A DNA stretch of 27,370 bases. Source: Promethearchaeota archaeon. Its GTDB lineage: Archaea > Asgardarchaeota > Lokiarchaeia > Sigyniarchaeales > SOKP01. Position 1 is the first letter of the stretch. The number at the start of each line of letters is the position of its first letter. A model generated the notes under the pieces. That model worked only from the letters and a program-made list of their open reading frames with translations. It was not told the origin of the DNA and made no database searches. Positions 17,493-26,911 of this stretch are shown here, one piece after another. Both the position numbers and the translations under genes were made by a program. Location of the stretch: assembly GCA_016839765.1 (NCBI GenBank), contig JAEOTP010000041.1:1-27370 (forward strand), read 5' to 3'.

Positions 17493-17722
17493 ATTTAATC
17501 AATTTTTTTAATTCTAGTTAACATAATGTTTAACTCATTAAAGCTTCAATGGGCAAATTTTTTACTAATTTATAATTTTTCAATTTTTTCTTTTTTACCT
17601 GTTAAATAAAGTAAAATCTTTTTTCTGCTTATTAATAAGGAAAATGAAAAATTCTTTTTTTAATTTGATTTTCAAAAGGAAGTAATAATCCTTTTTTATT
17701 TCAATAACTTAATTTAATTGTT

Positions 17723-19288
17723 ATGGAGGGATATAATTCTGAAAGGATTACTTCTGAAGAGATGACAATATTAGATAATAATTCTGAATGGCTAGGTATA
17801 GACAAAGCTCAATTAATGGAATGCGCTGGTTACTCATTCGCAAGTGAAATTTTCACTAAATATAATCTGGACTCTTATTCTAAAGTTCTAATTTTTTGTG
17901 GCACAGGTAATAATGGAGGAGATGGTTTTGTTGTTGCTCGTCATTTAAATTCGTTGGGAATAAAAACGATGGTCATTTTAGTAGGTGATCCTGAGAAAAT
18001 TAGGACAAAAGAAGCAAGGTCAAATTGGAATATTATAAGAAACAATTTAAATCATTTAATAGAAGTTGAGATTTTAAAAGATTCAACTGATATTGGAAAA
18101 ATTGGAGTATTACTAGACGAGGATAAAAATTTTGAATTAATAGTTGATGGATTATTAGGTACGGGGATTAAAGGGAAAATTAGAGAACCGATTGCTACGG
18201 TTATAGATTTTATAAATGAAATTAACATCCAATTTAAAATTCCAGTTGTTTCCATTGATGTACCATCCGGCTTAGATCCAAATACAGGTGAGGTTTTAGA
18301 TAAATCGATTAAGGCAGATTTAGTTATTACGTTTCATAGAATAAAGGAAGGTTTACATCCTAAAACTGAATATATAAATGAATTATTAATTAAGTCGATT
18401 GGAATTCCTCATGAAGCTAGCTTACTTATTGGAAGAGGTGATCTATTACCTACCTTAAAAATAAGAAAGAAAGACGCCCATAAGGGACAATTTGGAAGAA
18501 TATTAGTAATTGGAGGTTCAAAAAATTATTCTGGAGCTCCTGCGTATTCATCGCTTACATGTATTAATTTTGGCTGTGATTTAGTCATAACTTATGTTTC
18601 TGAAGTTGTTGGAGAAGTTATTAGGAGTTATTCTCCAAATTTAATTGTAAGAACTAATCCGGGGGATTGGTTAACAAATAGCTCGTTTGAAGAGTTAAAA
18701 TCTTTAATAGATTGGTCAAATACATTAATAATAGGTCCAGGTTTAGGTTTAGAAGAAGAAACTGAAAAATTATTGGTACAAGTTCTTGAATATCTAAAAA
18801 TTAATAAAAAAAGGTATGTGCTTGATGCAGATGCGTTAAAATTAATTAAGAAACACCTTAATTTAATTAAAAACGAAGATGTTATCTTAACTCCTCATGA
18901 GGGAGAATTAAAAATCTTAACCAATATTGATTTACCCCCTTATGATGATATTGAAGAAAGAGGTCGGAAAATTTTCAAGTTAGCAAAAAAGTTAAAAGTA
19001 AATCTGTTAGTTAAAGGTCCTTATGATTATGTTAGTGATGGTGTTAAATTAAAGATTAATAGAACTGGTTGTCCAGAAATGTCAATTGGAGGAACAGGAG
19101 ATGTTTTGGCAGGACTTTGTGGTTCCTTTTTAGCCATCAATAATGATATTTTTCAGGCTGCTTGCTCTGCAGCATTTTTAAATGGATATATTGGTGAGTA
19201 TTGCAAAAAAAACATAGGACCGCGATTTACAGCGATGAATATGATTGAAAATATAAATAATGCAATTTTAACACTAAAAAAAGTTTAG
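17723..19288 (+). CDS. nnr: Bifunctional NAD(P)H-hydrate epimerase/dehydratase (NnrE-NnrD)
   Basis: LMECAG, CGTGNNGGDG, DGLLGTG and IDVPSG (YjeF-N); HKGQFG, IGGSKNYSGAP, IGPGLG, LDADAL, TPHEGE and GGTGDVLAG (dehydratase). Confidence 0.97.
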   Translation: MEGYNSERITSEEMTILDNNSEWLGIDKAQLMECAGYSFASEIFTKYNLDSYSKVLIFCGTGNNGGDGFVVARHLNSLGIKTMVILVGDPEKIRTKEARSNWNIIRNNLNHLIEVEILKDSTDIGKIGVLLDEDKNFELIVDGLLGTGIKGKIREPIATVIDFINEINIQFKIPVVSIDVPSGLDPNTGEVLDKSIKADLVITFHRIKEGLHPKTEYINELLIKSIGIPHEASLLIGRGDLLPTLKIRKKDAHKGQFGRILVIGGSKNYSGAPAYSSLTCINFGCDLVITYVSEVVGEVIRSYSPNLIVRTNPGDWLTNSSFEELKSLIDWSNTLIIGPGLGLEEETEKLLVQVLEYLKINKKRYVLDADALKLIKKHLNLIKNEDVILTPHEGELKILTNIDLPPYDDIEERGRKIFKLAKKLKVNLLVKGPYDYVSDGVKLKINRTGCPEMSIGGTGDVLAGLCGSFLAINNDIFQAACSAAFLNGYIGEYCKKNIGPRFTAMNMIENINNAILTLKKV

Positions 19289-19455
19289 CTCTTTTTAGGT
19301 TAATAATGGGATAAAATTATACTCCATATTTGTAATATTAATTTACACAAAATAATATCTGAAGATAAAAATTTATTAATTCATTACCTATTATTATAGT
19401 AAAAAGTTATCTTTGTTTTTATAATGATAATGATACTCGGTTGAGGAATAATAAA

Positions 19456-20304
19456 ATGACACAAGTTTTCAAAATTAATATGGACGGGACAACAAGCGAA
19501 CTAAAAACTGAAGGGTCCATTAAAGATATCTTAAAAACCGAAGAATGCTATGTTTTAGTGTCAGATGAAGTTCGGAAAGTGTATCTATGGAAAGGCGTAG
19601 AAAGTAATGTGAGATCAAAATTTATTGGGGCAAAAAGGAGCCAAGAAATACGTGGACAAGTTGGTATGCATTATGCTGTTGTACCTCAAGACGAGGGCGA
19701 GGAAGAAACAGAGTTTTTAAAGTTAATTGGTGGAAAAACAGAAGGCGGGATTGCAAAAGAAATAAAAGCTGACGAAAAACCGGCAACTAAAGCGGCTCCT
19801 GCGGTACACCCCTTTAGGGAAAAAGATCCTTTTGGCGCTCCAAGACCTGCTGAGGGAATGAATATAGCAGGAAGTAGAGATCATGCTTCTCAAAATACTG
19901 GCCCACTTTATACTGGTAAAGAATCCTTAGCAACCCTTATGCAGGATGAAACACATGTAAACTTTGAACAAATTATGCAAAAGCTGGAAGAAATTAAGAT
20001 CCCTGATGGTTTTGAAAGAGAATTGATTATTATTGGCAATCATGCGTATTCAGTCGTTGAAAAGGTTCAAACATTTTTAGGAAAGAAGGAAGTTTCAAAA
20101 GAGATTTCTAAAGTAGGAACTGTACCTGAAGGAGTCTTTTTTGCCGAAGATTATTCACCACGAATATTATCTGAAAATGGTAAAATTCTAGCCATTGAAT
20201 TTTTAAAACGAGCTGGAGGACCTGAAGGTACATCTATTGAATATAAATCTAAAAAAGAAATTTTAAAAGATCAAATTAAAACACAATTAGAAAGCAAAAA
20301 ATAA
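19456..20304 (+). CDS. Gelsolin-domain protein, Asgard one-domain gelsolin plus C-terminal X domain (1DGelX-like)
   Basis: L.TEECYVL...KVYLWKG.ESNVRSKFIGAKRSQEIR...QDEGEEETEFLKLIG matches the gelsolin repeat consensus. A linker and C-terminal domain (IPDGFERELIIIGN) follow. SD GAGGA precedes ATG 19456. Confidence 0.85.
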   Translation: MTQVFKINMDGTTSELKTEGSIKDILKTEECYVLVSDEVRKVYLWKGVESNVRSKFIGAKRSQEIRGQVGMHYAVVPQDEGEEETEFLKLIGGKTEGGIAKEIKADEKPATKAAPAVHPFREKDPFGAPRPAEGMNIAGSRDHASQNTGPLYTGKESLATLMQDETHVNFEQIMQKLEEIKIPDGFERELIIIGNHAYSVVEKVQTFLGKKEVSKEISKVGTVPEGVFFAEDYSPRILSENGKILAIEFLKRAGGPEGTSIEYKSKKEILKDQIKTQLESKK

Positions 20305-20448
20305 ATTCTTTTTTTAATCTCATCCCTTTTAATTTTACAACCTATCTTAAAGTTAGGATTAGAAATATAAATTTTTAAGTCTAAAGTTTTTATTAATTAT
20401 TAATTATATAAAAATATCTAATTCAAAAAAATAACCAGAGTTATTTAT

Positions 20449-20838
20449 ATGAGTGATTTAAGCCCAGAAGAAGCTCATAGCTTATCTAAATTTCTTGGAA
20501 GCATAACTGAATACACAGAATTAGAAGCCCTCGCGTTAGTTACTCGTGATGGTCTAAGGCTCGCTTTTTCTTGCATTCCAGATTATGAAGTAGACCCCGA
20601 TTTATTTTCTAGCTTAAGTGCTGTAGTAATGCAGAGCGGTCAAGATGCAATTGATTCACTTGGATATACAGATCTACTTGAAGTTGTATTAAGAGGAGAA
20701 GATGCATTTATAATACTAAGTGCAGCAGGTAGATTTTTCCTTATGGGTGCGAGTCGTAAAATTGAAGATTTAGGAAAAATTGTTTCCGTGTTTCGGTATT
20801 ATTCAGCTGAAATTTCGAAAAGATACCCTCTCATATAA
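20449..20838 (+). CDS. Roadblock/LC7 (MglB/LAMTOR-like) domain protein
   Basis: 129 aa; LEALALVTRDGL...VDPDLFSSLSAVV...LLEVVLRGEDAFIILSAAG is the Roadblock pattern. Confidence 0.9.
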   Translation: MSDLSPEEAHSLSKFLGSITEYTELEALALVTRDGLRLAFSCIPDYEVDPDLFSSLSAVVMQSGQDAIDSLGYTDLLEVVLRGEDAFIILSAAGRFFLMGASRKIEDLGKIVSVFRYYSAEISKRYPLI

Positions 20839-20942
20839 TTTATGGTTATTTTAAAATGAGATTACGTTTATTGATATATCTTTAAGAAGGGAAATAAATA
20901 CACATATTTTTATACCAGAATATAATAAATTATTGATGGACA

Positions 20943-23090
20943 ATGTCTGAATTAAAAATTTTTGTTGATGTTAATGAAAATACCACTGGAAAAGTGGTTA
21001 TATGTCAAGAAAATGCGAATAAATTGGGAGTATCTAATGGAACATCAGTTGAAATAGAAAATCCAGATAATAATACGAAGACTTCAGGCACTGTAGAAAT
21101 TTCAAATATGGTTTTAGATTTTGCGGCTCAAATCTCTAAAAATATTATAGATCAGCTTCAATTTAGTGGAGTAGAATTAATAATAAGACCTATGAGTAGT
21201 ACTGGTTTAGTAGCTCCTAAATTACAGATACCAAAAGTACCTGCTCCGCAACCAGCTCCTCAACAACAACCCCAAACCCAACCAGGACTAACGCCGCTTC
21301 CAATACCTCCTCCTAGACCTACTCCACAACCAACTCAAGCTCCAACACCTCAGTCAGCTTATACTCCACCCCCTCAACCCACTCCAACACCTCAACCAAC
21401 ATATACTCCACCTCCACAACCTACACCAGCACCAACGCCACCACCATCATCTATCCCCCCTCAACCAATACCCCAACCAATGCAACCATCAATTACAGGA
21501 CCAGATTATGGTGCTCAAGCGCCAACAGCAGAACCATACCCCAATAGAATTGATGTATACATGCTTCAAAGTCAAAAGGGAGGTATTATCCTAACGCCTG
21601 TTATTGATAATAATATTGAAGGAGGGAGAATACAACTTAATAGTAATATTATTCATCAATTGGGACTTGGTTCTGGTTTACTTGTAGCATGGGAAGACCC
21701 ACTAACTAGAACAATGGGTTCTGCTAGAATTGATGAAGCTATGATAAGTCCTACCGAAATACGAATGAGTAGAAATACTAAAGAAGATACGAATATTCAT
21801 GCCCAACAAGTAGTTGTATATTCTACTGAACCTCCCATCCAAAAAGCATCTGAAATTATGCTGGAAGTCCATTCTCAACCTAATCTATTAGGTTATTGCT
21901 ATGTAACCCCCAGAACTCAATATACATTATCATTAAACCCAAATGATATTTTAGCTTTTGAAGATGAACTTACTGGGGCTATTGGAGCCGCAAAAGTCGA
22001 AATCTCTGAAGCTACTCCAGCTAATTCGATTACTATTGATAGTGAAATATTAGAAGCTTCTGGAATTGGTAGTTTTGAGGTCAAAGTATATAAAAATCTC
22101 CGTCCAGTTATCCCCTTACAAAATGTAGCCCTTGGTATCTCTCCTATTAGTGGGGAGAATATGTGGGAAATTATTAGCACGGCACGTCAAAATGTAGATT
22201 CTTTAAAAGGTTGGTTAGCCAATTATATCATCTTCAAAGGTATTAAATTGAGATGGAGCGCAGTTAATATCGCATGTTCTTTATTAAATACCATTCCAGA
22301 TCTAACTGGTGATATTTTTGCTCAAATTACTGGAAATACTGCGATTAATTTAACTCCAACTGGCCTAATACCATTCAATGCTATATTAATCATTGATATA
22401 AGCCGTTCGATGATGGCGAGGGATGTATTTGTTACTAATATCGCCCCTGCTATCGAAGGAATTAAAGCAGCAATGGAATCACGTGAAATTCAGGAATTTC
22501 TTGTCCATTTCAAACCTGGAGTTAATATCCCTAGACGTATCGCTGCGGCATTTGCGGCAGTTTTATTTCTAAGCGAAAAGGTAGGTAGAGGATTTGGAGA
22601 AAAAGTCTCAGTAATACGATTCGCAGACGAGTCTCAAATATTACCATTTACGGACACCTTTTATATGGACTCTGCCAGTGGAAAAAAAGGTGTGCTTGAA
22701 GATGCAGCGCGTATGATTGTAGACCGTATTGGAAATGCTTATGGTCAGGCGACTAATATGGGATCAGCAATGGCAAAAGCGCACCAAGTTCTTACAGAAT
22801 TTGATAAAATTAACCCCGATCAGCCTACTATGGTTGTTCTCCTCACAGATGGAGTTCCCACCGATGGTGATGACTTCTTTAAATCAGTTAAACTCTTTGC
22901 AGAAAATCCAAACGTAGTCATTTATATTGTAGGTCTTGGAAATCCTGATCGTGAACTGATGATCCGTGCTGCTTCTTTATGTGGTGGAGAATATTTTGAA
23001 CCAGAAGATGCGGGAGAGTTATTGATTTGGTATTCAAAGAGAGCTCGTGATTTAACGGTTAAATTGAAAGCCCATAAACACGAATTATAA
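20943..23090 (+). CDS. vWA-domain protein with three Cdc48-N-like double-psi beta-barrels and a Pro/Gln-rich linker
   Basis: MIDAS DISRS (22395-22409), ATNMG and LLTDG; VYIVGLG; A...GGEYF. Three repeats resemble G.(V/I).I.......LG...G..V..E.P/E. Confidence 0.85.
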   Translation: MSELKIFVDVNENTTGKVVICQENANKLGVSNGTSVEIENPDNNTKTSGTVEISNMVLDFAAQISKNIIDQLQFSGVELIIRPMSSTGLVAPKLQIPKVPAPQPAPQQQPQTQPGLTPLPIPPPRPTPQPTQAPTPQSAYTPPPQPTPTPQPTYTPPPQPTPAPTPPPSSIPPQPIPQPMQPSITGPDYGAQAPTAEPYPNRIDVYMLQSQKGGIILTPVIDNNIEGGRIQLNSNIIHQLGLGSGLLVAWEDPLTRTMGSARIDEAMISPTEIRMSRNTKEDTNIHAQQVVVYSTEPPIQKASEIMLEVHSQPNLLGYCYVTPRTQYTLSLNPNDILAFEDELTGAIGAAKVEISEATPANSITIDSEILEASGIGSFEVKVYKNLRPVIPLQNVALGISPISGENMWEIISTARQNVDSLKGWLANYIIFKGIKLRWSAVNIACSLLNTIPDLTGDIFAQITGNTAINLTPTGLIPFNAILIIDISRSMMARDVFVTNIAPAIEGIKAAMESREIQEFLVHFKPGVNIPRRIAAAFAAVLFLSEKVGRGFGEKVSVIRFADESQILPFTDTFYMDSASGKKGVLEDAARMIVDRIGNAYGQATNMGSAMAKAHQVLTEFDKINPDQPTMVVLLTDGVPTDGDDFFKSVKLFAENPNVVIYIVGLGNPDRELMIRAASLCGGEYFEPEDAGELLIWYSKRARDLTVKLKAHKHEL
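21231..21543 (+). repeat. Pro/Gln/Thr-rich low-complexity linker with two YTPPPQPTP units (21360-21386, 21402-21428)
   Basis: PKVPAPQPAPQQQPQTQPGLTPLPIPPPRPTPQPTQAPTPQSAYTPPPQPTPTPQPTYTPPPQPTPAPTPPP. Confidence 0.9.
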
Positions 23091-23184
23091 TAAAAAACCC
23101 TTTTATTTCTCCTAATAATTATGTAGTAATAATTATACAGATTTAAGACAAAAAATGTATTTAAAAAATGAATGATGAATTTAA

Positions 23185-23487
23185 ATGGATAAAGAATCCT
23201 TAGCTATCTTATCTCTAGTATTTGGCATCATTGCCTGCGTCGCTACATATTATATAATAATTGCTACGATTTTTTTCACTGACGATACTTATTCTACAAT
23301 TACTTTTATCCTTATTCAATTCCGTTTCGTGCTTCAATTAATATCGATGGTTTTATCGATGACCTCAATTGTTCTAGGCATAATTTCTATAGCCATGAAG
23401 CTAAAAAGGGGAGTCTCCATAGCTGGTGTGGTATTAGGAGTTGTTTCTCTAATCAGTTTACTTGGACATTATTTGATATTTGATTAA
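23185..23487 (+). CDS. Small three-TM membrane protein
   Basis: LAILSLVFGII...SIVLGIISI...SIAGVVLGVVSL, a DUF4190-like pattern. Confidence 0.75.
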   Translation: MDKESLAILSLVFGIIACVATYYIIIATIFFTDDTYSTITFILIQFRFVLQLISMVLSMTSIVLGIISIAMKLKRGVSIAGVVLGVVSLISLLGHYLIFD

Positions 23488-23503
23488 ATAAGATTCAAAT
23501 TAA

Positions 23504-23692
23504 GTGGAAAGTTACCACTTGTTTAGGAAAACCGTTATACAGAATTTAGCAGATCAAAATTATATTGAAGTATTTGAAATAATGACCAATGGAGAAATCA
23601 AGATATTTGATGAAGACAAGTTAACAAAGGGGATTTATATCATGAAAAGTAGGAAAGAGTTTGAAAAACATTATTTCAGAGATGAACTTTAG
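23504..23692 (+). CDS. Short hypothetical protein or fragment
   Basis: GTG-start 62-aa ORF filling a gap; no motif recognised. Confidence 0.3.
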   Translation: MESYHLFRKTVIQNLADQNYIEVFEIMTNGEIKIFDEDKLTKGIYIMKSRKEFEKHYFRDEL

Positions 23693-23750
23693 GAATGGTT
23701 GGCACTGAATTTCATCTTTAACTGTTTACTTTGTTGAGACAAACACTATT

Positions 23751-24236
23751 TCACAATATTCTAGAATCACTTGTTGGAGGATCTATTTCTCCTTTATTTC
23801 GGTTAAAAAGATCAACCATAATATCATAGAACGCTGCTTTTCTTTGTAGAAAGTGAGCTTTATCTTCCCTCTTATTTTTTTTTAATACCATTTTCCAATC
23901 TAGCAATTTTGGATTTCCTTTTTTATCTACTATTAACTTTCCCTTCTTTCGTTTTTTTACTGTTATTAATAATACACCATCACTCTTTCGAGTAATACCA
24001 TGTACGTCGTGCCATCGCACCCATCTACTTTTTCCTGCGTAAAGACCTGCATATGGACTCATCTGTGATTTTATTCTCCATGCAAATCCCTTATTACTGG
24101 CAATTAAGAAACCCTGATCATCACGACGTCTGCATTTAGAGGTTATTATTGGATCGCCTATTGAATCCGTTCTCATCATTTTTTCAAATTTATCTACCCT
24201 ATCGGGAGAGACTTCCCATCCTTTAATTATTGTTAT
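23751..24236 (-). CDS. Basic PH-like-fold protein; probable ATA start at 24236 (first ATG at 24179)
   Basis: GFLIASNKGFAWR...WVRWHDVHGIT...GVLLITV plus a C-terminal helix, as in PH/GRAM-like folds. The frame extends 19 codons upstream of the ATG (ITIIKGWEVSPDRVDKFEK). Confidence 0.7.
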   Translation of the reverse strand: MTIIKGWEVSPDRVDKFEKMMRTDSIGDPIITSKCRRRDDQGFLIASNKGFAWRIKSQMSPYAGLYAGKSRWVRWHDVHGITRKSDGVLLITVKKRKKGKLIVDKKGNPKLLDWKMVLKKNKREDKAHFLQRKAAFYDIMVDLFNRNKGEIDPPTSDSRIL

Positions 24237-24531
24237 ATATCATCACTTTGCTTTTTTTTAATTATAATAAATTTTGTCTTTAATATTCTATATATTATCA
24301 GATTATTTATAATTTTAATATTTGAAGATAATTCGTTCTTTGGGCTTTTTTTTATTAGAAGTAACAGGAATTGGTTATATTTAAGATAATGAACTGATAT
24401 GGTGAATGTGAGCATAAGTAAAAGATTTAAGTAGAACAATTTTTTTTATACTACTTTCAATAGGTTTGTATAAAATTTTTATATTTGAAACTTAATAATA
24501 ATTATAACTAAAATTACAATAAGTTGATTCT

Positions 24532-24933
24532 ATGAAAGAAGTTAGAGTGATTACCATTGACAATAGAGGTCGAATTGTAATTCCTCAGCTAATTCGAAAG
24601 AGCTTGGGTCTCACTACGAACTCACAGTTAATGCTCGTAGCAGATTCGGAAAGTAAAGAGATTAAGATTACGCCCATAGGTTTAGCTGATGAGAAAAATC
24701 CAATTAAGCTTCGGATCACGATGAGAGACGTTCCTGGGGCGCTTGCTAAACTTGCAAATACATTTGGAGAACAAGATCTAAGTATGATGTATAGTGAAGC
24801 AGTGATTATAGAAAAAGATAAAACTGCTGAATGGACTGTTATTTCAGAGAGTCCTGCTAATCTCGAAAACCTTAAAAGAATTCTGAAAGAAAAAGGTGAT
24901 GCCCTCAAGATAGAGGTTCTTCCATTAGATTAG
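24532..24933 (+). CDS. AbrB/SpoVT DNA-binding domain fused to ACT domain (amino-acid-responsive regulator)
   Basis: ITIDNRGRIVIPQLIRKSLGL (AbrB) and LRITMRDVPGALAKLANTF (ACT). Confidence 0.9.
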   Translation: MKEVRVITIDNRGRIVIPQLIRKSLGLTTNSQLMLVADSESKEIKITPIGLADEKNPIKLRITMRDVPGALAKLANTFGEQDLSMMYSEAVIIEKDKTAEWTVISESPANLENLKRILKEKGDALKIEVLPLD

Positions 24934-24961
24934 GTTAAAAAAAATTTGTTGATTAATTCAA

Positions 24962-25699
24962 ATGGCTAAAAAAAAGAAGAAAGATAAAAAGAAAGAAAAA
25001 GACGAGGTATCTAATTATACTCTAGATACTGCTTTAAAAAGTTCTAAAAAAACAGAAACCACTTTACAGGGTTTACTTAAAGCCTTTTCAGAAGATACTG
25101 GATATGTAGCTCCTAAGGAAGAAAAGAAAAAAATTGAACCTCAGCTTTCATATGAAACTAAAAAAAAGATTGCTGAGGATTACATGATGGAAGAAATTCC
25201 ATTATCAGAACGAGGGCAGACGAAAGAAAGAACTCCACTAAAAGCAATAGAGGACGAAAAAATAAAGATACTTCCAAAAGAAGAAAAGGAAGAAGAAACG
25301 CTTAAAACCATAAAAAAACCTTCACTTTCTAAAAAGGATAATATTTATCTTGATTTAGCGCAGTTCTTTGAAAAAGTATTTCAAGGTTATGGTGATCGTT
25401 ATGGAATGTGGGAAAATTCAATTTCATCAATTCTAGCAATTTTAAGAAAAATGAGAAAAATAACAAAGAAAAATACAGAGGATTTAGTTAATACAATTAA
25501 CACATTACATGAAAAAATTCAGTTTAATTTAGGACAGTTTAAAATTAAGCGAGATGAAGTTGAAAAATTAACGGATGTTGACATTGAATCTATGTCGAGT
25601 GAGTTTAAAAAAGTGTTAGGCTTATTGGAATTACAAATTAAGGAATATCAACTAAAAAGACTCGCGGATGATTATGTTCATCAACAAAGACCCATCTAA
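24962..25699 (+). CDS. Lys/Glu-rich protein with C-terminal coiled-coil helices
   Basis: 245 aa, charged disordered N-half and heptad-rich C-half; in an apparent operon with the ARP. Confidence 0.8.
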   Translation: MAKKKKKDKKKEKDEVSNYTLDTALKSSKKTETTLQGLLKAFSEDTGYVAPKEEKKKIEPQLSYETKKKIAEDYMMEEIPLSERGQTKERTPLKAIEDEKIKILPKEEKEEETLKTIKKPSLSKKDNIYLDLAQFFEKVFQGYGDRYGMWENSISSILAILRKMRKITKKNTEDLVNTINTLHEKIQFNLGQFKIKRDEVEKLTDVDIESMSSEFKKVLGLLELQIKEYQLKRLADDYVHQQRPI

Positions 25700-25747
25700 G
25701 GATATATTATTAAATAATACTCTTAACTAAAAAATTGAAGATTTTTT

Positions 25748-26893
25748 ATGTCCTCGAAACCAAAAGACCAAACACGTCCTTTAATTCTTGATTTCGGTTC
25801 GGCTATTTCAAGGATAGGATGGGCAGGTGATGATTTTCCAGACATAATTGCTCCGAGTGTATATGTAGATATTTCTGACTATATATTCACTTCTGATATT
25901 ATTGAAGGATTAGAAGAATTATTTCTCAAAGAAAGTCCAATTACACATCTAGTAGGTCATCAAGCGTTAAAATATCAAAATATCTTACGAATTCATGAGT
26001 TTAAAAAGGAAAATAATTTCAATATACTGCTTAAATTTTTTTTGCATTATTATCAAGAACTGAAAATTGATGAGCAATATCAATTTCGGCAACCACTAAT
26101 TATCCTAACGCCATTTTTCATATCTGATTTAGAGAAATCAAAATTACAAGAATTATTTCTTAATTCATTAAATTTTCCTTCACTTCTTTTCTTACATGAA
26201 AGTCAGGCGATTCTTTCTACATTACAAAAATCTAGTGGCGTGGTTGTAAATATGGGTGAATCTACTACTTACATATCAACAATTTTTCATGGATTTACTA
26301 ATATAATGGCCCGAGATGTTTTTCCTATTTCTGGAAAACAATTAACAGATTATTTCTTAAATCTAATTTTAACTCGAATTGGGACTAAAAAAAGCATTTA
26401 TATTGATAATTCAATTGCAAAAGAAATTAAAGAAAAATTGTCCCTATGTTTATTAGATCCTAAAGAGGAACAAAAAAGAGTAAAAGAAGGATTGACTAAA
26501 TATGATAGAATTATTGATCTTCCAGATGGATCTAATTTAAAGCTTAATTTAGAACGCTTTTTATTAACAGAACCCCTATTTAATCCAAGATTAGCTCATG
26601 TTGATTATATTGGGTTAGCAGAAGCTGTTTCAAAAGTAATAAAGACATGGGAGAGAGAGAATTGGGAGGAATTAATCCCTAATATTATTTTATCTGGCGG
26701 TGGAAGTCTAATCCCCGGATTAGATAAAAGATTAGAATTTGAGTTACAAGCATTTTTCTCAGAAAAATTAAAAAACAAAATTAAAGTAATTGCTGCCTCT
26801 GGAAGAGATAATATGGGCTGGATAGGGGCTTCAATTCTATACTCAAAAGAAAAATTAAATAAGGGTTGGGTAGAAAATCCAAATTTAAAATAA
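25748..26893 (+). CDS. Divergent actin-related protein (Asgard ARP; not the conserved lokiactin)
   Basis: LILDFGS..SRIGWAGDD.P....PS, QAILS, IAKEIKEKL, LPDG....L..ERF...EPLFNP, NIILSGG.SLIPG...RL..EL, WIGASIL. Confidence 0.93.
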   Translation: MSSKPKDQTRPLILDFGSAISRIGWAGDDFPDIIAPSVYVDISDYIFTSDIIEGLEELFLKESPITHLVGHQALKYQNILRIHEFKKENNFNILLKFFLHYYQELKIDEQYQFRQPLIILTPFFISDLEKSKLQELFLNSLNFPSLLFLHESQAILSTLQKSSGVVVNMGESTTYISTIFHGFTNIMARDVFPISGKQLTDYFLNLILTRIGTKKSIYIDNSIAKEIKEKLSLCLLDPKEEQKRVKEGLTKYDRIIDLPDGSNLKLNLERFLLTEPLFNPRLAHVDYIGLAEAVSKVIKTWERENWEELIPNIILSGGGSLIPGLDKRLEFELQAFFSEKLKNKIKVIAASGRDNMGWIGASILYSKEKLNKGWVENPNLK

Positions 26894-26911
26894 TATAAAA
26901 TTTCAAAAACC

